Below are positions 19,969-30,273 of a DNA stretch of 64,000 nucleotides, piece by piece. The stretch covers positions 890 to 64,889 of the forward strand of contig JBBTED010000021.1 in the NCBI GenBank assembly GCA_038042445.1, given 5' to 3'. This DNA comes from Candidatus Firestoneibacteriota bacterium (lineage in GTDB: Bacteria > Oederibacteriota > D2-FULL-39-29 > JBBTED01). The stretch's first letter is position 1, and the number at the start of each line of letters is the position of its first letter. Below the pieces are notes generated by a model. The model was not told the origin of the DNA. It did not search any database and saw nothing but the letters and a program-made list of their open reading frames with translations. The translations under genes and the position numbers were made by a program.

Positions 19969-21321
19969 TTAAAGTTTTTCTCGTAATTTTATCTCCTCTA
20001 TTGCGTGTTTAATATTTTGGATATCGTCTTTGCTACTGTTATTTTCTAAAAGTTTTTCCAGGATTATTATATCTGTATTTCTACCTATTTTTCCCAATGT
20101 TCTAATTACATCATACCTTATAGAAGTATCATTTTCGTTTTCCAGTAGATTTAATAAAACCTGATGCATCTTTTCTTTTGATTCATTTGATGGATAATAC
20201 GTATAGTAAAAACTATTTACCACTTCTCTTCTAATAATAGGTTCTGAATTTTCAAGCAAGTTTATAAGAAAATTTATTGCTTCTTCGTCTTTAAAACTCG
20301 ATCCAAATTTATTTACTGCCAAACATCTAATTTCTTCTGAAGGATTTAAATTTATAACTTTTATTAAAAAATCCCGTTTTTTCTGATTATCTTTTTCCAG
20401 TCTAAAAATTGTATCCAGAAGTAATCGCTGTTCTCCTATATCTTGATAATTATCATATTTTAATGACTTTTTTTTGTATATCTCTAAAAGTTTAGGCATA
20501 GCATTTATATCCCCTATTATCCATATAGCATCACCAGATAAACCTTTAAGTTTCCCATCTCCTTTTTCAAGAATTTCTAAAAGATATGGAACACCTTTCT
20601 TTTCAAGATTTGCCTGAACAAATCTAATTGCCTCGATTTTTCTCTCTATATTTCCAGTTCTCAGAAATTCAATTTGTTCCTTTATTTCATTTGGTGCAGG
20701 TAAACGAACATCAAACACCAATGTATTAGAAAAAAGTTCACCTATCCATACATCCTTCCATAAATCCCTAATATTTGTATCTTTATTATATAAACCAAAA
20801 ACATATTCATTTTTTTTGTAATTAAAAACAACTTTAAATCTACCTGGTTCTAAAATTATATGATTTATATCATCAAAAGCTATTACAGGTTTGCCTATTC
20901 TCAATTTACCTCCTAAATCAGAAAATGATAATCGTATTAGTGACTTAAAATTAAAAGTTTTTTTCTCTCCTGGAGAAAGTTTATAAATATAATATTCTGG
21001 AGATGCTAGATAATATCTAACGGTAGAAAATTTATCACAAATTTCTTCTTTTTTATTAATAAATTGTAAACCTGGGATATTCGCTGGACAGAAATAAAAA
21101 TGAAAAATACTATCAGAAATATTTTTAAAGTTTAAATCTAATATTAATTCATCACCTATTTTAAATTCGGATTTATTCAAAGTTATAAAAATCTTAAGAC
21201 GTTTATTTTCTCTATTCTCTTCGCTCAAAACATTCAAAGGCAAATTAGCAATTAATATTAAAATCACTAAAATTTTTATTACTGATTTTACGTCTAACTG
21301 TATTTTATCGCCAATATTCAT
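19969..21321 (-). CDS. Putative exported HEAT-repeat protein
   Basis: Hydrophobic N-terminus; HEAT-like repeats (EEIRCLAVNKFG, IRREVVNS, IRYDVIRTLGKIG). Confidence 0.65.
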   Translation of the reverse strand: MNIGDKIQLDVKSVIKILVILILIANLPLNVLSEENRENKRLKIFITLNKSEFKIGDELILDLNFKNISDSIFHFYFCPANIPGLQFINKKEEICDKFSTVRYYLASPEYYIYKLSPGEKKTFNFKSLIRLSFSDLGGKLRIGKPVIAFDDINHIILEPGRFKVVFNYKKNEYVFGLYNKDTNIRDLWKDVWIGELFSNTLVFDVRLPAPNEIKEQIEFLRTGNIERKIEAIRFVQANLEKKGVPYLLEILEKGDGKLKGLSGDAIWIIGDINAMPKLLEIYKKKSLKYDNYQDIGEQRLLLDTIFRLEKDNQKKRDFLIKVINLNPSEEIRCLAVNKFGSSFKDEEAINFLINLLENSEPIIRREVVNSFYYTYYPSNESKEKMHQVLLNLLENENDTSIRYDVIRTLGKIGRNTDIIILEKLLENNSSKDDIQNIKHAIEEIKLREKL

Positions 21322-21323
21322 AT

Positions 21324-21791
21324 TTATCCACTCCCTGATAAGGGAGGGTTAGGGTGGGTTTCTTTTCTTTCCCTAATACGCTCTACCAAATCCAAATACA
21401 CACCTTCTGTATTAAATACAACATCCGTATTTATATAACGAATAATTTCTATATCATATTTCCTTTTCAAAGCATCACTACGCAATTCATCGTATTTTTC
21501 CTGAAATGCATGTGTATCTCCATCAATTTCTATTCCAAGCAATAGTTCCGAACAATAAAAATCAATAATGAAATTTTCTAATGGTTTTTGACGTGTAAAC
21601 TTTAATCCATCAAACTGTTTTCTTGAAAGTAATTCCCATATTCTTTTTTCTGTAGGTGTTGGATTTTTTCGGTTTTGACGTGCATATTCTTTGAGTTTTG
21701 GATTATAAGGGATATAGTTAACCCCCTCTAACTCCCCCTTGTCAGGGGGAGGAACAATTCTCAAAACCTCTTTTTGTTTTAATTGAGTCAT
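21324..21791 (-). CDS. DUF559 (Vsr-like) endonuclease
   Basis: ARQNRKNPTPTE, FTRQKP, FIIDFYC, IEIDGDTH. Confidence 0.9.
   Translation of the reverse strand: MTQLKQKEVLRIVPPPDKGELEGVNYIPYNPKLKEYARQNRKNPTPTEKRIWELLSRKQFDGLKFTRQKPLENFIIDFYCSELLLGIEIDGDTHAFQEKYDELRSDALKRKYDIEIIRYINTDVVFNTEGVYLDLVERIRERKETHPNPPLSGSG
21331..21751. repeat. Inverted ~30-bp palindromic repeats at both ends of the DUF559 ORF
   Basis: ctccctgataagggagggttagggtgggt (21331-21359) vs reverse complement of 21721-21751, ctccccctgacaagggggagttagagggggt. Confidence 0.75.
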
Positions 21792-21804
21792 AATTGAGAT
21801 AAAT

Positions 21805-23259
21805 CTATTTTTTTGTGTTTAGTTTTTCTTTTAGGAGTTTATTTACTAATTGAGGATTTGCTTTTCCGGAGGTGTGTCGCATTACCTGGCCAACTAAGTA
21901 ACCAATAGCTTTTTCTTTTCCTGCAAGATATTCATCTACAGACTTTGTGTTTTCTAACAGAACTTTATCTATTACTTCTAAAATCATTTTTTCATCTGAT
22001 ATCTGCACTAACCCTTTTTCTTTCACAATATCTAAGGGTTTTTTCAAACTACTAAACATTTCCTCAAAAACAGTTTTTGCAATTTTGCCACTTATAGTCC
22101 CTTCTTTTATAAGATTAAAAAGTTCTGATAAATGTAACGGAGATACTTTGCAATCAGTTATTTCCATATTTTTAGATTTAAGCAACCCAAGTAATTCTAC
22201 CATAATCCAATTACTAACAAGTTTTGGGTCATTATGCAATTTCACACATTCTTCATAGTAATTCGCTAAATCACGTGATGATGTTAAAACTTCTGCATCA
22301 TATTCAGGCAAACCATAAGAACTTATAAACCTGTTTTTGCGCGCAATTGGAAGTTCAGGTATCTCTTTTTTTATCTCTGCTAACCACTCATTGGTTACTA
22401 CAATTGACACCAAATCTGGCTCAGGGAAATATCTATAATCCTGAGCTTCTTCTTTGCTTCTCATAGAAAAAGTTATTCCTTTTTTATCATCCCAAAGCCG
22501 TGTTTCCTGAATAATTTTTCCACCATCATTTAAAACTTCAATCTGCCTCTTAGCTTCATACTCTAAAGCATCTCGGACATTCTTAAATGAATTTAAATTT
22601 TTTACTTCTGCCTTTACTCCAAGTTTTTTCTCGCCAACTTGCCTAATTGAAATATTCGCATCACATCTTAAACTACCCTCTTCCATATTACAATCAGAAA
22701 CATCAATATATTTCAATATATCTTTTAGTGCTATAAGATATTCATAAGCTTCTTCCGGGGTATTCATATCAGGTTCACTTACTATTTCTAAAAGTGGAAC
22801 ACCTGTCCTGTTCAAATCCACTAAACTTTCTTGGGCCTCTCCTATTTGACCTGTAGCACTCATATGCACTAATTTACCTGCATCTTCTTCCAAATGCACT
22901 CTTGTTATTCGAATAGTCTTTGGAACCTTATTCACGTTTAAATTTATATGACCCTTATAGCAAAGAGGCATATCATACTGTGAAATCTGAAAATTCTTAG
23001 GCAGATCAGGATAGAAATAATTTTTTCTGTCAAATTTACTGAATGGACTTATCTCACAACCTAAAGAAATACCCACACGTAAAGCAAGATTTAAAACAGC
23101 TTTATTAAAAACCGGCAAAGCACCGGGAAGCCCAAGACAAACAGGACAAGTAAAAGTATTCGGAACACCACCAAATTTATTTGAACATCCACAAAATATT
23201 TTTGTGGCAGTTTTAAGCTGAGTATGAATCTCTAAACCTATAACTGTTTCGTAATTCAT
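21805..23259 (-). CDS. gatB: Asp/Glu-tRNA amidotransferase subunit B
   Basis: [40 protein letters not shown]. Confidence 0.98.
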   Translation of the reverse strand: MNYETVIGLEIHTQLKTATKIFCGCSNKFGGVPNTFTCPVCLGLPGALPVFNKAVLNLALRVGISLGCEISPFSKFDRKNYFYPDLPKNFQISQYDMPLCYKGHINLNVNKVPKTIRITRVHLEEDAGKLVHMSATGQIGEAQESLVDLNRTGVPLLEIVSEPDMNTPEEAYEYLIALKDILKYIDVSDCNMEEGSLRCDANISIRQVGEKKLGVKAEVKNLNSFKNVRDALEYEAKRQIEVLNDGGKIIQETRLWDDKKGITFSMRSKEEAQDYRYFPEPDLVSIVVTNEWLAEIKKEIPELPIARKNRFISSYGLPEYDAEVLTSSRDLANYYEECVKLHNDPKLVSNWIMVELLGLLKSKNMEITDCKVSPLHLSELFNLIKEGTISGKIAKTVFEEMFSSLKKPLDIVKEKGLVQISDEKMILEVIDKVLLENTKSVDEYLAGKEKAIGYLVGQVMRHTSGKANPQLVNKLLKEKLNTKK

Positions 23260-24716
23260 ATATTAGGCCTTTGTTTGTGCCAATTGGTTGATTGTTCATA
23301 AGCATAAGCCACACGAAATATTGTTTCTTCATCATAATGCTTACCAATTATCTGAAGACCAATAGGCAGCTTTTCTTTTGTCCAACCACAAGGCACTGAA
23401 ATTGCAGGAACTCCAGCCAAATTAACAGAAACTGTAAATATATCAGCAAGATACATTTTAACAGGGTCTTCAACTCTTTCTCCAATTTTAAAAGCAGATG
23501 TAGGAGAAGTTGGAGTAATTATGCAATCACATTTTTTAAAAACTTCTTCAAAATCACGTTTAATTAATGTTCTGACTTTCAATGCCTTTACATAATATGC
23601 ATCATAATATCCTGAAGATAATGCATACGTCCCAATCATTATCCTTCTTTTTACCTCTTTGCCAAATCCTTCTGCTCTTGTATTTTTATACATCTCCAAT
23701 AAATTAGGAGAATTTGGACTTCTATACCCATAGTGAACTCCATCAAAACGCGCCAAATTAGAACTCGCTTCACAAGGAGCTATTATGTAATATACAGGCA
23801 AACAATACTGTGTATGTGGCAAAGAAATTTCAACTGGTATTGCACCAAGTATTTCCAATTGTTTTATTGCAATTAGAATAGCTTCTTTAACTTCTGCATC
23901 AACACCTTCTATAAAATATTCTTTTGGTATTCCAAATTTTAGTCCTTTTATATCCCTGTCTAACAATTCAGTATATTTAGGAACAGGGACATTGGCAGTT
24001 GTTGAATCAAATTCATCGTGCCCTGATATCATTTCCATAAGCAAAGCACAATCTCGGACATCTCGTGCAAAAGAACCTATTTGGTCAAGTGATGAAGCAA
24101 AAGCAACCAAACCATACCGTGATACCCTTCCATAAGTAGGCTTGAATCCAACTACTCCACAACAAGAAGCAGGCTGACGAACAGAACCACCTGTTTCTGA
24201 ACCAAGAGAAAGTATTGACTCACAAGATGCAACTGCAACTGCTGAACCACCGGAAGAACCACCAGGAACTCTTGTTACATCCCACGGATTTTTAGTAGGA
24301 CCAAAATACGAATTCTCAGTAGACGAACCCATTGCAAATTCATCCATATTTGTCCTGCCAATAAATATTGCACCTGCTTTTTTTAATTTAGAAATTACTG
24401 TTGCATCATAAGGAGCAACAAAATTTTCTAATATTTTTGAACCACAAGTTGCTTTCTCACCTTCCATACATATATTATCTTTTATTGCAATTGGAATACC
24501 CAAAAGTGGCATATGGTTTTCTTTTGCCCGTAATTTTTTGTCGCATATTTTCGCTTGTTCAATTGCACTTTCAAAAGAATATCTTATATAAGCATGCAAC
24601 TTTTCTTCAGTCTTATTTATTTGTTCAAAAACAGAAGTTACTATTTCAGAAGACGTAATTTCACCCTTAGAAAGTTTCTGCTTTAATTCATAAGCTGTCA
24701 ATTCATTTAATTTCAT
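23256..24716 (-). CDS. gatA: Asp/Glu-tRNA amidotransferase subunit A
   Basis: Amidase signature [24 protein letters not shown]. Confidence 0.98.
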   Translation of the reverse strand: MKLNELTAYELKQKLSKGEITSSEIVTSVFEQINKTEEKLHAYIRYSFESAIEQAKICDKKLRAKENHMPLLGIPIAIKDNICMEGEKATCGSKILENFVAPYDATVISKLKKAGAIFIGRTNMDEFAMGSSTENSYFGPTKNPWDVTRVPGGSSGGSAVAVASCESILSLGSETGGSVRQPASCCGVVGFKPTYGRVSRYGLVAFASSLDQIGSFARDVRDCALLMEMISGHDEFDSTTANVPVPKYTELLDRDIKGLKFGIPKEYFIEGVDAEVKEAILIAIKQLEILGAIPVEISLPHTQYCLPVYYIIAPCEASSNLARFDGVHYGYRSPNSPNLLEMYKNTRAEGFGKEVKRRIMIGTYALSSGYYDAYYVKALKVRTLIKRDFEEVFKKCDCIITPTSPTSAFKIGERVEDPVKMYLADIFTVSVNLAGVPAISVPCGWTKEKLPIGLQIIGKHYDEETIFRVAYAYEQSTNWHKQRPNI

Positions 24717-24719
24717 ATA

Positions 24720-25004
24720 TTACTCAATTATCCTTGGCACTTTAAAATGCCCCTTTTCTTTTAATGGGGCATTTGACAACACAACATCCTGAGGCAAAGA
24801 GTCTTTCAAAACATCATCTCTTAACACATTCTTAAGTGGCAAAACATGATATGTCGGCTCAATATCTTTCACATCAAGCTCATTCAACTTACCAACAAAA
24901 TCAAGTATTGAAGACAATTGTTTTGAATACAATTCCTTCTCATCTTCCGTTAAAGCAAGACAAGCTAATTTAGCCACATGTTCAACTTCTTTTTTTGATA
25001 TCAT
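24720..25004 (-). CDS. gatC: Asp/Glu-tRNA amidotransferase subunit C
   Basis: EVEHVAKLA, FKVPRII; upstream of gatA. Confidence 0.95.
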   Translation of the reverse strand: MISKKEVEHVAKLACLALTEDEKELYSKQLSSILDFVGKLNELDVKDIEPTYHVLPLKNVLRDDVLKDSLPQDVVLSNAPLKEKGHFKVPRIIE

Positions 25005-25055
25005 AGTATCACTCTCTCTTATTATGCAATATATAAACCTAAATTGTCAACTTTT

Positions 25056-25750
25056 CTAAATTTCACTTGCTAATTTATTCTCCTTTGCTATAAGTTCTAA
25101 AAGTTGTTGTCTGGCAACAAAAGAAAATCCACGACCTAATTCCAAGAGAAATTTTTGAAGATGATCAATTAATACCTGTTCAAGTTGACTTTCTTTTAAA
25201 TTAGTATTCTCTTGAAGCCCCAAAAACTCTAAGATAAATGGATCCTTAATCTGTTCTTCGAGTTTTACACTTAACTGTTTTGCTCTTGCCTTTACTTCCT
25301 GTTTAACAGGAAACTTATTCTTGCTTGCTAAAAGTCGTTCATAATAAAAAAAATATATTTGTCGCTCCAACTGTCTAGTACTCCAATTTGCATTAGCACA
25401 TTCACTAAGATAAAACTCTCGTGCTTTATCCTTTTCTACCCGTGATAATAACCTATAATGAGTCCAACTTAATTCTGAACGCAATGCGTTCACTTTTGGA
25501 AATACAAGAAAAAATTGCTTCATAAAAAACAAATTTCTTTCATCAAACCCCTTGCCAAATTCAACAGTCAATCGTTTTGAAAGGTCATCAATTAAATATG
25601 CTCCGTACTCCGCCCGCTTTTTGCCTTTCTGTTCTTCTTCTACAATTAACCTGCCGATATTCCAATATGCAATAACCATCGTAGAATTAACAGCTCTATA
25701 AACATTATTTCTTGCTTCAACAAGTATGTTTCTTATATCCTGATATAAAT
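25056..25750 (-). pseudogene. DUF1016/YhcG-family fragment
   Basis: LYQDIRNILVEARNNVYRAVNSTMVIAYWNIG, LSWTHY, IKDPFILEFL, ELGRGFSFVARQ then abrupt end; no native start, nuclease C-terminus missing. Confidence 0.8.
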
Positions 25751-26664
25751 TCAGCCGTTGTTGTTTTAATATTTCCTGTTAGTTTTACTTTGAGAACAAA
25801 TCTTAATACTGGAAAATCTTGTGCGTAAACAGAATATTCAAGATAAACATCTCCACTATTACCATCATTCACTGGAGTTCTAGATTCATCACTATCATCG
25901 TGTAAATATATTTTAAACAGTCTATTATCGTAAATAGAAAAAAGGTCTAATCTTCTGCTATTTAGTCTCGGTATTGTTTGTTCAAAACACATATAATGTC
26001 CTGCCCATTTCAAATATTTCCCATCAATAAATGGTTTAACATTATTATCCTTAGGATTTTTTATACCACTCAGTATTGCTTTAACATTTCTTGCATCCCT
26101 ATTAGTATTTTTATTCTGGATTCTACAAGACCATATATATTCACTATTTTGTCCTTGTCCTTGTTGGTCGTTATATATAAAAGGACCGTTTTTACAAATA
26201 CTTTCTGGAATCAAATGCCTTGAGTAATTTTTATCCCAATTATGTTCTTTCACTTCATTTTCAACTAAACTTAACACTTCTGCCTTATTATTAAACACAA
26301 CAGGATTTGATAATATATATCCTAAGAATCCATTCTGCTCAACATCTTTTTCCTGAATAAATATTGTATTTCCAAAACCAACATATGATGCCAATGCTAA
26401 TTCCTGATGAGAAAAAAGAGACCCTCTATATTTTATCTCATTACCAGATTCGCAAATTCTTTCTCTTTTAAAATCAATAAACAAATAATAGTTTGAATTT
26501 TCCAATTCAAAGATAATAGACTTTTTTGTATCTTCAAAAGAATGAGTTTCTTTTGCCACATAAGCCATAAATCCTTGTTTTTCCAACCAACTTTTAATTT
26601 CTCCAGCAATACTAATCTCATCACTATTTTTCTGCCCACAACTTATAAATACTTTTGCACTCAT
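25717..26664 (-). CDS. Hypothetical protein with N-terminal TIR-like/nucleoside-deoxyribosyltransferase-like domain
   Basis: KVFISCGQ...YLFIDF...SLFSHQELALA pattern; C-terminal domain not recognised. Confidence 0.55.
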   Translation of the reverse strand: MSAKVFISCGQKNSDEISIAGEIKSWLEKQGFMAYVAKETHSFEDTKKSIIFELENSNYYLFIDFKRERICESGNEIKYRGSLFSHQELALASYVGFGNTIFIQEKDVEQNGFLGYILSNPVVFNNKAEVLSLVENEVKEHNWDKNYSRHLIPESICKNGPFIYNDQQGQGQNSEYIWSCRIQNKNTNRDARNVKAILSGIKNPKDNNVKPFIDGKYLKWAGHYMCFEQTIPRLNSRRLDLFSIYDNRLFKIYLHDDSDESRTPVNDGNSGDVYLEYSVYAQDFPVLRFVLKVKLTGNIKTTTAEFISGYKKHTC

Positions 26665-26688
26665 TTTTTATACCTCTTATTTTATTTG

Positions 26689-28086
26689 CTACCTTACCAC
26701 TTCCCAATATCCGCCTTTATCTGGACCAATCCGTCTTACTAATCCTTTTTTCTTGAGTTTTGAAATATTTTCTTTTATTTTTCTCTCTGATATCTTTATT
26801 AATTCCGATAATTCTCTTCCTGTTATTGCAGGATTATTTCTTATCTGCTTTATTATATTCTCTTGGTTTACAGTGACCTTTTCTGGGACCTTTACAGTGA
26901 CCTTTTCTGGGACCTCTTCTGTGTGTTTTCTGGGTGTTTTCTGGGTGGAACGCACAGAAACATTCCTTTCGTCTTTCCAACCTTGCCTATAAAATATTAT
27001 CATAAATCCTGCCTTAAGGATTTTAAAATCAACTTTAATATTATTTTCTTTGCATAAATTGTAAATCTTTTTTAGACCAGAGCCCCACTTTTCAATTTCT
27101 TTTGATCTATACAAAACATCAGCAATCAAAGGATTTCTTAATATGGATTGTTCTTCTTTCTTAATAAAATCCATTGGCGTAAATCCTTCAGGAAAATCGC
27201 CCGGATTCCAAATTTCAATACGGTTTTTGAATATGGCTATCTTGTTGCTTTCAGGTGCGATGTAATCTCTGTGGCAAAATGAATTGACCAATGCCTCTCT
27301 TATCGCATCTACTGGAACTTCAGGAATCTCCTGTCTTTGAAGTCCTTCTATTTTTACACGCCAATTCATTTTTTCTTTAATATAATCTTCTGACTTTTTA
27401 AGAAGGTTAAAAATATTGCCTTTGTATTGATTAATATCAAGGAATGTTATTTTGTCAATACCAGCAAATACAGCAACTTGCACTTCAAGAGAATTATTCT
27501 TGCAAAATAATACCTGTGATGCATTTAAAAGTTTACCACCTTTCACCAGCCCAAGTTTCTTCAATACATTCGGAACATTGTCATACTTAAAGTTTATCCT
27601 GCCAGCAAAATTTGCTCTTTTTATGTAATCCTTTACTGTTTTAGCATTTATATCTTTATATGAGCATTCGGCAACCTTTAATTCCCATTTGAATTTATCA
27701 CTGCTTTTTTTTAGTATTACTTTTCTTATCTCATTAGGGCTTAACTGCTTATCTTCATCTGCAACCCGAACATAAACACGACCATAAGCGTGATAGGGAA
27801 TATCCTCACCTTGAAATTCAACTTTTATACAAGATTTGCCTTTAATATTTAATACATCAATTAAAGGATATATTTTAGGTTCAATATGATTTGATATTGC
27901 TTGTGAAATATCTCTCTGGGTAGCTGAACCAATTATTTGCCCTATTATTTCACCATCATTCTTAATACCGAAATACAACTTGCCTTTCTGATGTTTATTT
28001 AGAATTGCACAAATAGAGATAATTCCTTCTTTCAACTCTGAAGTGCTTTTCTTAAGTTCTATTGTTTCTGACTCTTTTAATTTCAT
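26689..28086 (-). CDS. AlbA_2 (Schlafen-like) + RecG-C/HATPase-like + wHTH protein
   Basis: ESETIELK, ICAILN..G.LYFGI, REALVNSFCHRDY, RNPLIA, EKWGSG, RIGPDKGGYW; start set at MKLKES. Confidence 0.88.
   Translation of the reverse strand: MKLKESETIELKKSTSELKEGIISICAILNKHQKGKLYFGIKNDGEIIGQIIGSATQRDISQAISNHIEPKIYPLIDVLNIKGKSCIKVEFQGEDIPYHAYGRVYVRVADEDKQLSPNEIRKVILKKSSDKFKWELKVAECSYKDINAKTVKDYIKRANFAGRINFKYDNVPNVLKKLGLVKGGKLLNASQVLFCKNNSLEVQVAVFAGIDKITFLDINQYKGNIFNLLKKSEDYIKEKMNWRVKIEGLQRQEIPEVPVDAIREALVNSFCHRDYIAPESNKIAIFKNRIEIWNPGDFPEGFTPMDFIKKEEQSILRNPLIADVLYRSKEIEKWGSGLKKIYNLCKENNIKVDFKILKAGFMIIFYRQGWKDERNVSVRSTQKTPRKHTEEVPEKVTVKVPEKVTVNQENIIKQIRNNPAITGRELSELIKISERKIKENISKLKKKGLVRRIGPDKGGYWEVVR
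26867..26947. repeat. Intragenic tandem repeats
   Basis: tttacagtgaccttttctgggacc x2 (24 bp), then 11-bp gtgttttctgg-like units. Confidence 0.8.
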
Positions 28087-28090
28087 AAAC

Positions 28091-30097
28091 TTAATTACTA
28101 TGTGAAGTTTCCCCTTCCAAATCGTCTGAATCATTGTAGTCGTCATCATATTTTGCATGACTTCTGTATTCTTCATTTCCATAGTGTTCAATCAAGTGTT
28201 TTGGGATTTCTTTTATAAATCTAGAGGGCATTGAGGTAAATCTGGAGCCGTATCGCATTCTTTCTTTAGCATAAGTTAAATACAAAGAACTTTTTGCCCT
28301 TGTTAATCCTACATAACAAAGTCTGCGTTCTTCCTCAAGTTCATTTATTTCATCCATTGATGCATTATGAGGAAATAAACCTTCCTCTAAACCTGTCAAA
28401 AATACAGTATCAAATTCAAGACCTTTTGCATTATGCATAGTCATCATTGTAATAGCATCTGAATCAGGTTTCCATCTATCTACATTTGTAATCAATGTTA
28501 TCTGCTCAAGAAAGGCAGTAACAGTTTCTAAAATATCAGTTTTACCTTTATAGTTATTTTCAATAAATTCTGCTGCACCAGATACAAGTTCCCTTAAATT
28601 CTCTATTCTATCATCTGCATCATCTATATATACTTCCTCTAACATTTTTATATAATTAGTTCTATCAATTATAAATTTAATTGCATCAGGCAATATTACA
28701 CCTTCAATATCATTCTTTAATTGATTAATAAGTTTTGTAAAATTTGCTATTGCTTTTTCGTTTTTAGACATAACCACATCGTATAAAGAAGCACCTTTAA
28801 TTTTTACCTCTTCCTCAATCTTTTTTATAGTAGTTTCACCTATTCCCCTTGAAGGCACATTTATTATACGTCTTAAACTAATATCATCAGCAGGATTAAA
28901 CAAAATTCTAAGATATGCAATTATATCTTTTATCTCTTTGCGTTCGTAAAATCTAAGCCCTCCTACAATTGCATAAGGTATTCCACTGCGACGCAATCCA
29001 TCTTCCAATGATCTAGACTGAGCATTTGTTCTATAAAGCAACACCATATTTTTATAATTTAAACCATTACTCTTAAATTCAGATATTTTACTTGCAATAA
29101 ATCTGCTTTCTTCAGTTTCATCCCAAAGACAAACACATAAAATTTTTGTTCCGCCATTTTTCTGAGTCCATAGAATTTTTTCCTTGCGTTGACAATTATT
29201 TTTAATTACGCAAGATGCAGCTTCAAGTATTACATCAGTTGAACGATAATTCTCCTCTAACAATACTATTTTTGCCTGTGGAAAATCTTTTTCAAAGTTT
29301 AAAATGTTTCTTATATCTGCTCCACGCCATCTATATATTGACTGGTCAGGATCACCAACAACACAGATATTTTTATCTTTTTTAGCAAGTAATTTTGTCA
29401 ACACATATTGTGAATGATTTACATCCTGATATTCATCTACCATTATATACTTATATTTATCCTGATATATATCCAAGACTTCTGGATATTTTCTAAAAAG
29501 CAATACTGTTTTCATTATGAGGTCATCAAAATCACAAGCTCCATATTTTTGCAGTTTTGCCTGATAGAGTTCATAAATTTTTGCAATAATTTTTGAAGAA
29601 ACATCATAACACATTCCATCATATTCAGAAGGTGACATAAGCTCATTTTTAGCAGAAGAAATTCTGTTTTGAATTACTCCCGGCTGCAATTTATCTGCAG
29701 AAAACTTTAATTCTTCAATACATTTTTTAATCACCTTTTGCTGGTCATCATCGTCATACACAATATACCCTGGTGGCAAACCTATTTTTGTGCCTTCTCT
29801 ACGCAACACACGAGCGCAAAAAGAATGAAATGTACTCATCCACACAGAATGACCATCTTTACCCGCAAGTTTTAACATTCGATTTTTCATCTCATCTGCG
29901 GCTTTATTTGTAAAGGTTACTGCAAGGATATTATGTGGAGAAATTTTATACTCGTTGATTAAATATGCAATACGATGTGTTATGACTCTTGTTTTTCCTG
30001 TTCCTGCACCTGCTAAAATCAGAAGTGGTCCATTGAAATGTACAACCGCTTCTATTTGTTTGTCATTCAACCCATTTAATAAAATATTTTTTTCCAT
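28091..30097 (-). CDS. pcrA: ATP-dependent DNA helicase PcrA/UvrD
   Basis: AGAGTGKT, VDEYQD, VGDPDQSIY, ENYRST, KGLEF, EERRL. Confidence 0.95.
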   Translation of the reverse strand: MEKNILLNGLNDKQIEAVVHFNGPLLILAGAGTGKTRVITHRIAYLINEYKISPHNILAVTFTNKAADEMKNRMLKLAGKDGHSVWMSTFHSFCARVLRREGTKIGLPPGYIVYDDDDQQKVIKKCIEELKFSADKLQPGVIQNRISSAKNELMSPSEYDGMCYDVSSKIIAKIYELYQAKLQKYGACDFDDLIMKTVLLFRKYPEVLDIYQDKYKYIMVDEYQDVNHSQYVLTKLLAKKDKNICVVGDPDQSIYRWRGADIRNILNFEKDFPQAKIVLLEENYRSTDVILEAASCVIKNNCQRKEKILWTQKNGGTKILCVCLWDETEESRFIASKISEFKSNGLNYKNMVLLYRTNAQSRSLEDGLRRSGIPYAIVGGLRFYERKEIKDIIAYLRILFNPADDISLRRIINVPSRGIGETTIKKIEEEVKIKGASLYDVVMSKNEKAIANFTKLINQLKNDIEGVILPDAIKFIIDRTNYIKMLEEVYIDDADDRIENLRELVSGAAEFIENNYKGKTDILETVTAFLEQITLITNVDRWKPDSDAITMMTMHNAKGLEFDTVFLTGLEEGLFPHNASMDEINELEEERRLCYVGLTRAKSSLYLTYAKERMRYGSRFTSMPSRFIKEIPKHLIEHYGNEEYRSHAKYDDDYNDSDDLEGETSHSN

Positions 30098-30188
30098 TTT
30101 ATAATATAAATATTAACATATTTTATTATTTGCCGCATCAATATAATTAATCCACCTTAGACGGATAAAAAGGGTAAAAGATGAGACA

Positions 30189-30243
30189 CTGGATTCCAGC
30201 TAAACTTGTCCTCGTGAAAACGGGGATAACTGCGGGAGTGACA
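30189..30243. repeat. Degenerate GTCA-type REP
   Basis: ctggattcc...gcgggagtgaca ends match the family at 9872-9904. Confidence 0.5.
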
Positions 30244-30273
30244 AGGAAAAAAATCAAATTGCAAAAATACTCG

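Noticed and set aside
28087-28191. Met/Thr-rich N-terminal extension of the AlbA_2 ORF
   Set aside because: Alternate-frame read of the pcrA 3' end; the real start is probably ATG 28086
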